A stretch of DNA of 64,000 bases from Myxococcota bacterium (GCA_963676915.2 CAXXVK010000060.1:32001-96000), one strand, 5' to 3'. Numbered from the stretch's first letter, positions 8,403 through 17,849 are shown. Notes: generated by a model from the sequence alone, not told the origin. A program made the numbers and translations.

Positions 8403-10490
8403 TCAGCCGACGAAACGCCATAGGTAGAACACCAACAGTGAAACGCCGATCACGAACGACAACAAGTACGTTTGCACGTTGCCGGTCTGGAGCACCCGAA
8501 TTCCCTGCCCGACGTTGTACGCCACGGCGGAGGTTACCCAGGTAAGAGCGCCATCGATGATCCAGGCGTCCACCATTCTCCACAGGAACACCGAGAAATT
8601 GACGATTGGACGAATGAACGCATAGAAATAGGCTTCATCGACCCAGTACTTGTTGTGAATCAACTGGTAGACGAAGTTGTCGTTGGGTTGCCACTTCCAG
8701 TCCGGTTTCTTCCCGTAAATCACCCAGGCCAGCGCGATACCGGCGCAAGCGATGCCAACCGACACGAACATCATGATCCATTCCCAGGTATGTTCGCTCT
8801 CCTCGGCGATACGGCTGACCATCTGAGCCTCACCCGTAAGCACGTGGTGCAGGTTGAGATGGAAGAGGTTGGGAACGTGGAAGATCGCAGGCATCCCCAC
8901 CCAGCCGCCGACCACCGCCAGCCCGGCCAGAATGATCAAAGGCCAGGTCATCGAAGCCGGAGACTCGTGAATTTTCTTTTGGAAATCAGCCGGTTGGCGA
9001 CATTCGCCCCGGAAGGTCAGGAAGTACAGCCGGAACATGTAAAACGCCGTAAATCCTGCGGCTATCGCACCGACCACCCACAACAGGACGGGCAACCAAG
9101 GTAGCACCGTGTTCTGGTTGGCGAAGGCGTGCCAGAGAATTTCGTCTTTACTGAAAAACGCGGCAAACGGCGGTAAACCTGCGATGGCAATGCAGGAAAT
9201 GAAGAATGTCCAGTGCGTTTTCGGCATGAACTTGGCCAATCCGCCCATTTTGCGAATATCCTGCTCCTCATGCATACCGTGAATGACCGAACCGGAACCC
9301 AAAAAGAGGCAAGCCTTGAAAAAGGCGTGGGTCATCAGATGGAAAATACCGGCGGTGAAGGCTCCGACGCCGACCGCCAGGAACATGTAACCAAGCTGGC
9401 TAACCGTAGAATACGCCAGCACTTTTTTGATATCGTACTGGAACAGCCCGATGGTCGCGGCAAACAACGCCGTCAACGCACCGACGATCGCTACAACCGT
9501 CATGGCCTCGGGAGTCGCCACATACAGGAAGTTCATCCGGGCAATGAGGTAGACACCGGCGGTGACCATCGTAGCGGCGTGGATCAGGGCCGAAACCGGA
9601 GTGGGACCGGCCATGGCGTCCGGCAACCAGACAAACAACGGAATCTGTGCTGATTTACCGGTGCAGCCCAGGAACAGAAACAGCCCGATAGCGGTTGCAG
9701 TACCTGCACCGAAAATCGTGGCAGTCGCCGGGTTCAGGATTTTGTCCATATTGGCGGCGATCTCTTCATACACGAGAGTGCCGGTCGCCTGGAAAATCAG
9801 GAACATACCAAGCAGTACGCCGATATCACCAATACGGTTGACGATAAACGCTTTTTTTCCGGCGCTGGCGTTGGCGTGATCCTCGAACCAGAAGCCGATC
9901 AGCAGGTACGAACACAGCCCGACACCTTCCCAACCGATGAAGGTCAGCGGCATGGAATTCCCGAGAACCAGCACCAGCATGGCAAAGGTGAACAAATTCA
10001 AGTAGGTAAAGAAGCGATTGTGACCTGGATCGTGAGCGATATACCCGATGGAATAGATGTGGATCAACGAACCGACACCTGTAACGACCAGGATCATCAC
10101 ACCCGAAAGCGCGTCCAACCGGAAAGTCACGTCGAGACTGAAAGCACCCGCCGAAAGCCACTTGTACAGGGTTACGTCAATGTGCTCTATTCCCTGGCTT
10201 TTCAATGAAATGAAAAGAACCACGCTGAAAATGAACGACACGATCGGCGCGCCGACAGCGATGACGACCGTCAGTAGCTTGGGCATATGCCGCACGAAGA
10301 TGCCGTTGATCAGCGCTCCGAAAGCGGGCATCAACGGAATCAACGCCAGCCAGAGCAACTTGACCTGACTCGCTTCGGCGCTCAATCCCGTAATCAAAAC
10401 TACGGCGGCGACGAATAATGCGATCCAGAACGCCGACCAGTAACTCAACTCGTCGTGTCCGTGTTCGTGTTCGTTGTGCGTATCCGACAT
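8403..10490 (-). CDS. nuoL: NADH-quinone oxidoreductase subunit L (with N-terminal extension)
   Basis: GWEGVGLCSYLLIGFW, KAFIVNRIGD, GKSAQIPLFVWLPDAMAGPTPVSALIHAATMV, THAFFKA. Confidence 0.96.
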   Translation of the reverse strand: MSDTHNEHEHGHDELSYWSAFWIALFVAAVVLITGLSAEASQVKLLWLALIPLMPAFGALINGIFVRHMPKLLTVVIAVGAPIVSFIFSVVLFISLKSQGIEHIDVTLYKWLSAGAFSLDVTFRLDALSGVMILVVTGVGSLIHIYSIGYIAHDPGHNRFFTYLNLFTFAMLVLVLGNSMPLTFIGWEGVGLCSYLLIGFWFEDHANASAGKKAFIVNRIGDIGVLLGMFLIFQATGTLVYEEIAANMDKILNPATATIFGAGTATAIGLFLFLGCTGKSAQIPLFVWLPDAMAGPTPVSALIHAATMVTAGVYLIARMNFLYVATPEAMTVVAIVGALTALFAATIGLFQYDIKKVLAYSTVSQLGYMFLAVGVGAFTAGIFHLMTHAFFKACLFLGSGSVIHGMHEEQDIRKMGGLAKFMPKTHWTFFISCIAIAGLPPFAAFFSKDEILWHAFANQNTVLPWLPVLLWVVGAIAAGFTAFYMFRLYFLTFRGECRQPADFQKKIHESPASMTWPLIILAGLAVVGGWVGMPAIFHVPNLFHLNLHHVLTGEAQMVSRIAEESEHTWEWIMMFVSVGIACAGIALAWVIYGKKPDWKWQPNDNFVYQLIHNKYWVDEAYFYAFIRPIVNFSVFLWRMVDAWIIDGALTWVTSAVAYNVGQGIRVLQTGNVQTYLLSFVIGVSLLVFYLWRFVG

Positions 10491-10556
10491 AAGTCGCTCC
10501 CTGGCAAATTGCTGGCTTTACCGATCTCTAAGAATTCCGGTAAAGCGGGTTTCTGA

Positions 10557-10874
10557 CTAATGTTTCAGCGTCGTGGCTTCATCCACATAGACCGTCTTCT
10601 TCTGCCTGAACAAGGCGACGAAAATCGCCAGCCCCACCGCCGCTTCGGCAGCGGCTACCGCCATTACGAAAAAGACCATCACATGGGCGTTTTCCTGTCC
10701 CAATTGCCGTGCGAAGGCGATGAAGGTCAGGTTGGCGGCGTTGAGCATCAGTTCGATACACATGAAAACGATCAGCCCATTCTTGCGTAACAGCACGCCC
10801 ACCGTTCCCAACATGAACAGCACGGCAGCCAGAACGAGATAATGATTGGTGGTGATATGAGTCAACCAGGACAT
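10557..10874 (-). CDS. nuoK: NADH-quinone oxidoreductase subunit K
   Basis: CIELMLNAANL, VAAAEAAVGLA. Start re-assigned to ATG 10874 behind AAGGAG; the ORF-track extension overlaps nuoJ. Confidence 0.95.
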   Translation of the reverse strand: MSWLTHITTNHYLVLAAVLFMLGTVGVLLRKNGLIVFMCIELMLNAANLTFIAFARQLGQENAHVMVFFVMAVAAAEAAVGLAIFVALFRQKKTVYVDEATTLKH

Positions 10875-10887
10875 GACGCTCTCCTTG

Positions 10888-11379
10888 TTAAATCCTGCGC
10901 TTCGCGATGACGACCGCTCCAACAACAGCGGCAAGCAGCAGAATGGCCACCGCCTGGAAAGCGAGCATGTATTTGGTGAACAGCAACCAGGCGACGTGCT
11001 CCATGTTGCCGAAATCAGCCGCGATTTCCGCAGCGGCGGGCAACGCCGTGGACACGATGGCAATCAGTTGCGACAACAAGCCAACGCAGAACAGAACACC
11101 GATGACTTTGACCACTTTATGGCGTCTCAGCCCCAGTTCTTCCCGGCGCAGATTGAGCAGCATGATGACGAAAACGAACAGCACCATGATAGCTCCGGCG
11201 TAGACCATCACCTGAGTCACGGCGATGAACGTCGCCTCCAGGATCACGTACAATCCCGCCGTGCAAAACAGAACGACGATCAGCGAAAGCGCCGAAGAGA
11301 TCGGATTCTTGTGGAAAATCATCATGGTAGCCATTACCACAGCTACCAGCGCCAATATCCAGAACATCAGGGCTTCCAT
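10888..11379 (-). CDS. nuoJ: NADH-quinone oxidoreductase subunit J
   Basis: NPISSAL, QVMVYAGAIMVLFVFVIMLLNL, LFTKY. Confidence 0.95.
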   Translation of the reverse strand: MEALMFWILALVAVVMATMMIFHKNPISSALSLIVVLFCTAGLYVILEATFIAVTQVMVYAGAIMVLFVFVIMLLNLRREELGLRRHKVVKVIGVLFCVGLLSQLIAIVSTALPAAAEIAADFGNMEHVAWLLFTKYMLAFQAVAILLLAAVVGAVVIAKRRI

Positions 11380-11528
11380 AATCGGTTTTCGCTCCTCTTG
11401 CCCCTGCTACCGGGGTTCGGCTTCCCGAAAAGGGAAGAAAATCGGGAACTTCGAGTCGTTCTGCCTTTACCGGGGCACGAACGATCCGGCCCGTTGTCTC
11501 GACAACCTCGCGAGGTCGTCGAAACGCA

Positions 11529-13232
11529 TCAATCGTGTCCAGGCTGGTTTTCGGTGTCCCGAGACAGCTTGGTGCTTAGTGTATCGATCAGTTTCTTTTC
11601 TTTTTCGAACGCTTCTTCGTCTTTTGGCAACGGACCTTCGTCCCCGATGCCGACACCGAGCAAACCCAGCATGTCCCAGGTCAACCCCTTGAAAAGCGCC
11701 GTATCTTCCACCATTTTCCCGAAAACGTCCCGCGCCTTGAGCGGAAGTTTCCAGTCATTCAGCACTGCCTTGGCCAGCAGATTCAGCCATTGCCGCTCGC
11801 CCAACGCATCGCCGGGACAAGGCACGGCCTTGCGCAGCCGTTGGATGATCCGCCGGTCGCAGACAAACGTTCCGGCCTTTTCAACCCATACCGCACCGGG
11901 CAGCACGAGATCGGCGGCTTCGGCCAGCGGAGTTTCGTTGGTCGCTTCGAGGGCGAAAAAGTCGAGCGCTTTCAGTGCGTTCTTTACCTTCTCGTCCTCG
12001 AATTCCGCGCGATCAAAGGTTTCCTGGAAACTGACCAGCACCTTGACCTCGCCGCCCTGAATCGCCTGGAACAGCGCCTCGGCATCGTCGGTAAGTCCGA
12101 GCATCCGGCCACCGGTGGAGTTGGGATAGGGGTCCGTAGACACCATCGTTTCCTTCAACGGCCCGGAATGGACATCCACGATGGGTTTCGTATTCGTTCC
12201 CGGCGTGAAAAAGACCTTGGCGCCCAGCGCGTCGGCCAATTGCTTGGTCAGCCACAATTCTTCGGTGGTCAGTTTGGGCGACAGCACAAATGCGGTTTTG
12301 TTCCCGCCAGCCTTGCCGATAGCTTCGGACAGCTTTTGCACGGCGTCCTCGGTCGAAACCGTCTGCCCCTTGACCTGACAGGTTTCGACACGATTTTGCG
12401 TGAAATGATCGATGTTCAGCCGTTCGGCGTCGGGCATCCAGATGTAATTGACCTGATCGTTCTCACGCGGTCGCAGGCGCATGACTTTTTTGGTGCGGTA
12501 GTTCACATCGACGAAAACGTTGACGCCGATCGAACTGGAACCCGAAATCGAAGGCACCGGCACCAGATCCCAGACACGAGCCTTGGCGCGAAGTTGCTTG
12601 TCACCCAACGCACCCACCGGGCAGATATCCACGGCGTTGAGGACGAAATCGCTCTCGAACGCATCTTTGTAAGTGTGGATTTTCAGGTTGTGACCCCTGA
12701 ACGTTCGCCCTAGTTCCATTTCTCCCGCACGTTCCGCCAGAAAACGGACGCAGCGCGTGCAATTGACGCAACGGTTCATTTCGACAAAGACTTTGGACCC
12801 GAGATCCAAACGCTTGTGAACCCGTTTTTCGTCGTGAAAACGCTCGGTTCGGCTTTTTCCCGAACCATAGCTATACGTGTAGCTTTGCAGCTTGCACTCG
12901 TAGGCTTTGTCGCATACGGGACAGTCCAGCGGGTGGTTGGCCAGCAAAAATTCCAGCACGCCGCGCCGGATGGTGTCCAGCTTTTCGTTTTTCGTGTCCA
13001 CTTTCATGCCATCGGAGACGATCGTGGCGCAGGTGGCCATCGGCTTCGGAGGGCCGGGTTCGATCATCGCCAGGCACATACGGCAGTTTCCGGAAACGGA
13101 AAGATGCTTGTGCCAGCAGAAATACGGAATGGGCACGCCCACCCGTTTCGCCGCCTCCAGAACGCTGATTCCTGCGGGAACCTCGTGTTCGACGCCATCG
13201 AAAGTGATCGTTACGGTTTCTTTTTCCGTCAT
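11529..13232 (-). CDS. nuoG: NADH-quinone oxidoreductase subunit G (short form, 567 aa)
   Basis: IPYFCWH...GNCRMC (N1b), HPLDCPVCDKAYEC (N5), RCVNCTRC...CPVGAL (N4), molybdopterin-like C-terminal ADLVLPG...EKAGTF. Confidence 0.92.
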   Translation of the reverse strand: MTEKETVTITFDGVEHEVPAGISVLEAAKRVGVPIPYFCWHKHLSVSGNCRMCLAMIEPGPPKPMATCATIVSDGMKVDTKNEKLDTIRRGVLEFLLANHPLDCPVCDKAYECKLQSYTYSYGSGKSRTERFHDEKRVHKRLDLGSKVFVEMNRCVNCTRCVRFLAERAGEMELGRTFRGHNLKIHTYKDAFESDFVLNAVDICPVGALGDKQLRAKARVWDLVPVPSISGSSSIGVNVFVDVNYRTKKVMRLRPRENDQVNYIWMPDAERLNIDHFTQNRVETCQVKGQTVSTEDAVQKLSEAIGKAGGNKTAFVLSPKLTTEELWLTKQLADALGAKVFFTPGTNTKPIVDVHSGPLKETMVSTDPYPNSTGGRMLGLTDDAEALFQAIQGGEVKVLVSFQETFDRAEFEDEKVKNALKALDFFALEATNETPLAEAADLVLPGAVWVEKAGTFVCDRRIIQRLRKAVPCPGDALGERQWLNLLAKAVLNDWKLPLKARDVFGKMVEDTALFKGLTWDMLGLLGVGIGDEGPLPKDEEAFEKEKKLIDTLSTKLSRDTENQPGHD

Positions 13233-13262
13233 CGGAACTCCGCCTTGACTCCCAAACGGGGA

Positions 13263-14558
13263 TTAGAGAGCGCCGCCCTTGGGGCAACGGCCTTCCCGGA
13301 TGTGTGCTTCCCAATCGTCCCGGAACTTGTCGATGTATTGCCGGATCGGCCAACCGACCGAATCGGCCAGCACGCAGATCGTCGTTCCCATCATGTTCCC
13401 GCCGATCTCGTACAAAGTTTCCAGGTCGCCTTCCCGGCCTTCCCCGGCTTCGATCCGCTGAACGAACCTGTGAACCACCTCCGTACCTTCCCGGCACGGG
13501 GTGCATTGTCCGCAAGATTCGTGCGAATAAAAATGTGTAAGGTTTTCAAATACTTTGACCATACAAGAGCGATCCCCGATCACGATCGTGCCACCCGATC
13601 CCAACATGGAATTGGCCTTGGCCAGCGAGTCGTAATCCAGGGAAATGTCGCATTCGTCCGGCAACAGCGGAGGGCAGGACGAACCGCCCGGAATCACGGC
13701 CTGAAGTTCCATGCCATCGATCAGTCCGCCGCAGTAATCGAAAACCAGTTCGTTCAAGTTGGTGCCCATCGGCAGTTCGAACAATCCACGATTTTTCACG
13801 TGTCCCGACACGCTGAACAGTCGGGTGCCGCCGTTTTTCTCACAACCCAGACCGGCATAGGTTTCACCGCCCTCGTTGATGATGAACGGCACCGAAGAGA
13901 TGGACTCAACGTTGTTGACCGTCGTAGGCATCCCAAACGCACCTGAAGCGGCGGGGAACGGCGGTTTCATGCGAGGCTCGCCCCGGCGACCTTCGATGCT
14001 GTTGAGCATCGCGGTCTCTTCACCGCAGATATACGCGCCCGCTCCGGTGGCTACACACATATGCAGGCTGTGCTTGCTACCCAGAATGTTGTCCCCGAGA
14101 TAGCCTTTGGCCTTGGCTTCGGCAATGGCCTGCTTGAGAATTTCCTTTTCTTCCCACATCTCGGCACGGACGTAAACGATGCACCAGGTAGCGCGCAGGG
14201 CATACGTCGCGATGATCGCGCCTTCCACCAGTTGGTGGGGGTCCCAACGGACGAGGTAGCGGTCTTTGAAGGTACCCGGCTCGCCTTCGTCGCAGTTGAT
14301 GCACAAAAACGAGGGACGATCGGGACTGGGTTCCTTGGGCATGAAGGTCCACTTGATTCCGGTGGGGAATCCCGCGCCGCCACGGCCTCGAAGACCCGAT
14401 TTCTTGACTTCCTCGATCACGTCGTCACGTGACATTTTCAGCGCCTTTTTCAAGGCGCGGTAGCCACCGTTTTTCTCGTACACCCCTAAGGTGTGGGAAT
14501 CTTCGATTCCGAAACGGGAACTGACGACCGGACCGGTTTTGTATACCTTGACTTCCAT
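13263..14558 (-). CDS. nuoF: NADH-quinone oxidoreductase subunit F
   Basis: GLRGRGGAGFPTG, DEGEPGTFKDR, GAGAYICGEET, ESCGQCTPCREG. Confidence 0.97.
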   Translation of the reverse strand: MEVKVYKTGPVVSSRFGIEDSHTLGVYEKNGGYRALKKALKMSRDDVIEEVKKSGLRGRGGAGFPTGIKWTFMPKEPSPDRPSFLCINCDEGEPGTFKDRYLVRWDPHQLVEGAIIATYALRATWCIVYVRAEMWEEKEILKQAIAEAKAKGYLGDNILGSKHSLHMCVATGAGAYICGEETAMLNSIEGRRGEPRMKPPFPAASGAFGMPTTVNNVESISSVPFIINEGGETYAGLGCEKNGGTRLFSVSGHVKNRGLFELPMGTNLNELVFDYCGGLIDGMELQAVIPGGSSCPPLLPDECDISLDYDSLAKANSMLGSGGTIVIGDRSCMVKVFENLTHFYSHESCGQCTPCREGTEVVHRFVQRIEAGEGREGDLETLYEIGGNMMGTTICVLADSVGWPIRQYIDKFRDDWEAHIREGRCPKGGAL

Positions 14559-14566
14559 CGTGGCCT

Positions 14567-15040
14567 CTACTCCAGACTGTCGAGGATCTTGTCCAGCTTT
14601 TCGACGGTGACGTTTTCGTATGTATCTTTATTGATCAACATGGCTGGACCGGTCCCGCAAAGCGCCAGACATTCGGCGGTTTCCAGGCTGAACTTTCCGT
14701 CGGGAGTCACTTTGCCCGGTTTCAGGCCGTATTTCTCCTCCAGGTGTTCGAGCAGGGTCATCGATCCGTACATGGCGCAAGAAAGCGTCCGGCAGATCTG
14801 AATGTGGTGCCGTCCGACTTTCTCCCGTTTGTATAGATGGTAGAAGCTGGCGACGGATTCCACGTGCATACGTGGCAACTCCAGCCGTTCGGCCACCAAG
14901 TCGAGCGCCTCGGGGGGCAGATAGCCGAACTGGTCCTGTGCCACCCAAAGCGTTGGCAACAGGCAAGCCATCTTATTGTAATAAGTCTCTTCGAACTCTT
15001 TGACTTTCGCTTCAGACTCGGGGGTGAATTCAAGGGCCAT
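14567..15040 (-). CDS. nuoE: NADH-quinone oxidoreductase subunit E
   Basis: VASFY, ICRTLSC and ECLALC [2Fe-2S] motifs. Confidence 0.95.
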   Translation of the reverse strand: MALEFTPESEAKVKEFEETYYNKMACLLPTLWVAQDQFGYLPPEALDLVAERLELPRMHVESVASFYHLYKREKVGRHHIQICRTLSCAMYGSMTLLEHLEEKYGLKPGKVTPDGKFSLETAECLALCGTGPAMLINKDTYENVTVEKLDKILDSLE

Positions 15041-15166
15041 GTCGTGCCTCTGATCAAACGTAACAATAACCCGCCGCGACGAAAGTTATCGCCAATAAAA
15101 ACAGAATGTTATACACCGAACGACGGGCATGAAAACGGGGTCGTCTGCCATAATAATGGCATAGCA

Positions 15167-15195
15167 TTGGTAACTTACATCACGCCAAGTGTCAA
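15167..15195 (-). promoter_or_regulatory. Putative sigma70 promoter for nuoE
   Basis: TTGACA-17 nt-TACCAA on the minus strand; the -10 is imperfect. Confidence 0.45.
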
Positions 15196-15416
15196 GATTT
15201 TTCCCTGTCCGGGCACCCCCCCGAACCCACCTGGTCAAACTTAATCTGCTGTTTTTACACAGGTTTTTGCATTTCCCCACGGTGAACAGACTTTATAGAC
15301 CTCACGCAGGGATCAACGGAAGATCCATAACCTGACGGTTGATGACAATACCTTGCATTTCAACGTGCTTTGACGCGAAAAAAAGCAAATACTGACATTT
15401 GTGAAGGGAAGAGGAA

Positions 15417-15713
15417 TCAATCCGTTTCGGATTCTTCCGGGAAACAGATATCGGGGATACGGGCGCAGCTTTCGTCGAGAATGCAGGCCGAAAGGTCGAG
15501 ATTCAACGACAAACCCGGTCGCGAGCACTGGTAATCGCAGGTGGCCGAATCATCCACCCAATCGTTGTCGCAGGATTCGAGCTTTTTGCAGACCTTGACG
15601 CACCTAGCTTTCAGACTGGCGTCATCGCCGCATGCCATTGCGAAAATGGCCAGCAGAATCCCGGCAAGTGGCCGGGTCAGCCTACAGCGCAGGGGTTTGT
15701 GCTCGAAAAACAT
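15417..15713 (-). CDS. Small Cys-rich lipoprotein
   Basis: Hydrophobic stretch ending AMAC; eight further Cys in CxxxC-x5-C...CxxxC pattern. Confidence 0.65.
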   Translation of the reverse strand: MFFEHKPLRCRLTRPLAGILLAIFAMACGDDASLKARCVKVCKKLESCDNDWVDDSATCDYQCSRPGLSLNLDLSACILDESCARIPDICFPEESETD

Positions 15714-15987
15714 CGTCGCTCCCGCAAGGTCGTTGAATTTCCGTCAAATTGTTGACGCAGTTGCTACTGGCGGATTCGATCAGGCATTCCAACGTATGGG
15801 CGTCGAACGTCAACGCCTGCTCGCAGTCGCTTCGGCAAAGATCCGCCTGAAAACGATCCTCGTCCACGCAACGGGCAACGGTGTCGCACATCTCCAGGCA
15901 GAGATCCAGACCATTCGAGAGTTCGTCATCCGAACAACCCGCCAGCATCAAACAAAGCATGAATGGAATGATATACCGCTTCATCAC
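15682..15987 (-). CDS. Small Cys-rich lipoprotein, paralogous to 15417-15713
   Basis: Lipobox LAGC; same eight-Cys spacing. Confidence 0.7.
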   Translation of the reverse strand: MMKRYIIPFMLCLMLAGCSDDELSNGLDLCLEMCDTVARCVDEDRFQADLCRSDCEQALTFDAHTLECLIESASSNCVNNLTEIQRPCGSDDVFRAQTPAL

Positions 15988-16069
15988 CGGCCCGAGATAA
16001 TATATTTAATATCTTTTAACACAACAAGCGGAAGCTGTCAAGACGGAACGTAGAAATCGACACGCAAAC

Positions 16070-16271
16070 GGGTGCATCAAAAAATAGTGCAACTTTCGTA
16101 AAATCCTCTTTTTTCGTAGCGGCGAGGCGTAAGCCCGCCGTTTTTGCCTTTTGAAAGTTGCTTTTATGCCCCCAATCTCCCTTTTCGGCGGGCTTACGCC
16201 TCGCCGCTACAACCAAATGAATGAATGATTCAATATTATTGGGCCAATTCGCACCATTTTGTGATGCACCC
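16070..16271. mobile_element. 202-bp MITE, copy 1, carrying an internal GTAG REP doublet
   Basis: TIR GGGTGCATCA(A/C)AAAAT...; degenerate 9-bp flanks CACGCAAAC / CACACAAAA; 7 substitutions versus the reverse complement of 36966-37167. Confidence 0.88.
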
Positions 16272-16319
16272 CACACAAAACGAAAATCCCACCCGTCCGA
16301 ACCAAGTTTCAGATTCGAC

Positions 16320-16357
16320 AAACCGAAAGGGCCAGGCTTTCACCTGACCCTTTTCGG
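16320..16357 (-). terminator. Probable terminator of the porin gene
   Basis: Minus strand CCGAAAAGGGTCAGG...CCTGGCCCTTTCGG hairpin followed by TTT. Confidence 0.55.
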
Positions 16358-16398
16358 CTGCTTTCTTTGCAGGCTTTTCAGCCCGACCCTACCGGTAT

Positions 16399-17736
16399 TT
16401 ACAGCGTCGCTTGCAGACTCATACGAACCTGGTCCGTCGCGTCGCCCATATCGTTATCTCTGTAATAATGGTTGTAATCGGCCTTCAGTGCCAGACCGGT
16501 TCCGTGAATGTACCAGTTGACCCCGAAACCGATTTCGTCGAGATCGCCCAAGGTGCTGTCACCCATGCCGCGAACCTGTCCGTAACGTCCCGTAAATTCC
16601 ACAGGTGCCCAGGGAATGACGTACCCTAGCTGGGTGTACCAGCCATAGCCGTCACGGGGGTCTTCGCGGTCAACCAGCGGAGTTACACCATCGGTTTCGA
16701 ACAGCAGATTTCCGTTGTCATCCTCGGCCTGAACGCTGCCGTAATCGCGGGTTCCGTTGCGATAATAGAATTCGCCGTTGAGTGAAAATCCTTTGTATTT
16801 GAAATTCACGTCGGCGGTCAGAGCATGAAAATCGGTCGTGCCGCCATCATCCGGTGCACTTCCTTTGACGCCTTTGTCGTTTTTGGCATCGTCGATAAAC
16901 GCATAGGCCAGGCCGAAAGAAAGCCCCGGCGTTTCCATACGCTTGATATCTCCTTCGACGTAATCTTTGTAAAATCCCAGCGGCAGGTATTCGACACGAG
17001 CGAGGTAGAGCAGACCGAAATCGGACTCTTCGTAGCTCTCAAGACCTTCACCCAGAAATACTCCGGCCCGGTAGCGAAGTTTTTCCCAGCCTCCGAGATC
17101 GTCCGAGCGAAACTCCAAGCCCATATCACGATCCAGCGTAAACTCAAAGTTGCCGATCGAGCGATCCACGAACTGCAAGTTGCCGTATCCCATGATTCGT
17201 TGTTTGTTGAACGGAATCCGGTATTGACCGACCTGCACCGTGAAATCTCGCAGATAGTCGAAGGTGAAGTAATAGTCCATCACCGGTCCTTTGGTGGGCG
17301 CACCGTCTTTGTAGCCCATATCTTTGGGAGAAAAGCCCAATTGGAGCTTGTACTTGTTGTGTTTACCGAATACGTTGCCGGACATATACAGCCAGATCCG
17401 ACGCATGGTCATCGATTGCATCCAATCGTCGGTGCCGCGTGTCTTTCCTTTGGCCGTGGGACCGTCGCCCCCGGTGGCGGTATAGAGTAAATGACCGAAC
17501 AGCTTCAGTTTCAAACGAAAATCCCCATCCGTGCTGCGAATATCCAGACCTTTTCCGGGTTTGAATTCAGCCGTAGCTGCCGTTTTCGGTGCCGCTTTGA
17601 CGGCTTCGGGTGCTTTGGGAGTTTCCATCTGCAAGGCTGCGGCATCGCCCGCCTGGGTTTCTTCCGCATGAGTGACGTTGGAGAACGTCGTCACCAATGC
17701 CAGGATTACAACAACACTGTACATCATCGAACGCAT
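16399..17736 (-). CDS. OprO/OprP-like (phosphate-selective family) outer-membrane porin
   Basis: Signal peptide; RRIWLYMSGNVF, GQYRIPF, LQFVDRS...RDMG; C-terminal beta strand MSLQATL; start at ATG 17736 behind GAGGGG. Confidence 0.8.
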   Translation of the reverse strand: MRSMMYSVVVILALVTTFSNVTHAEETQAGDAAALQMETPKAPEAVKAAPKTAATAEFKPGKGLDIRSTDGDFRLKLKLFGHLLYTATGGDGPTAKGKTRGTDDWMQSMTMRRIWLYMSGNVFGKHNKYKLQLGFSPKDMGYKDGAPTKGPVMDYYFTFDYLRDFTVQVGQYRIPFNKQRIMGYGNLQFVDRSIGNFEFTLDRDMGLEFRSDDLGGWEKLRYRAGVFLGEGLESYEESDFGLLYLARVEYLPLGFYKDYVEGDIKRMETPGLSFGLAYAFIDDAKNDKGVKGSAPDDGGTTDFHALTADVNFKYKGFSLNGEFYYRNGTRDYGSVQAEDDNGNLLFETDGVTPLVDREDPRDGYGWYTQLGYVIPWAPVEFTGRYGQVRGMGDSTLGDLDEIGFGVNWYIHGTGLALKADYNHYYRDNDMGDATDQVRMSLQATL

Positions 17737-17849
17737 GATAAAATCCCCTCTGGTTATGGTTGAACCGTTTGGCGCTACGGATTCGAATCGGGAACACAAA
17801 ACGCTATGAAATCTTTGCTGTTTCGCACCCGATCCGCTTCCGAGAGGAG

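Noticed and set aside
5670-13946. Long plus-strand ORFs antisense to the nuo genes (e.g. 5670-7064, 7281-8423, 10873-12060, 12816-13946)
   Set aside because: Shadow frames of GC-biased coding sequence; no motifs or RBS, and fully overlapping clear genes
16116-16210. Repeated 25-mers as a possible CRISPR or mini-array
   Set aside because: The repeats are inverted pairs with a conserved spacer, not direct repeats with unique spacers; no cas genes
16016-16321. 101-aa ORF spanning MITE copy 1
   Set aside because: No transposase motifs, and it starts and ends outside the element; treated as spurious
17737-17849. Pho box upstream of the OprO/P-like porin
   Set aside because: No convincing CTGTCAT direct repeats at 11-bp spacing
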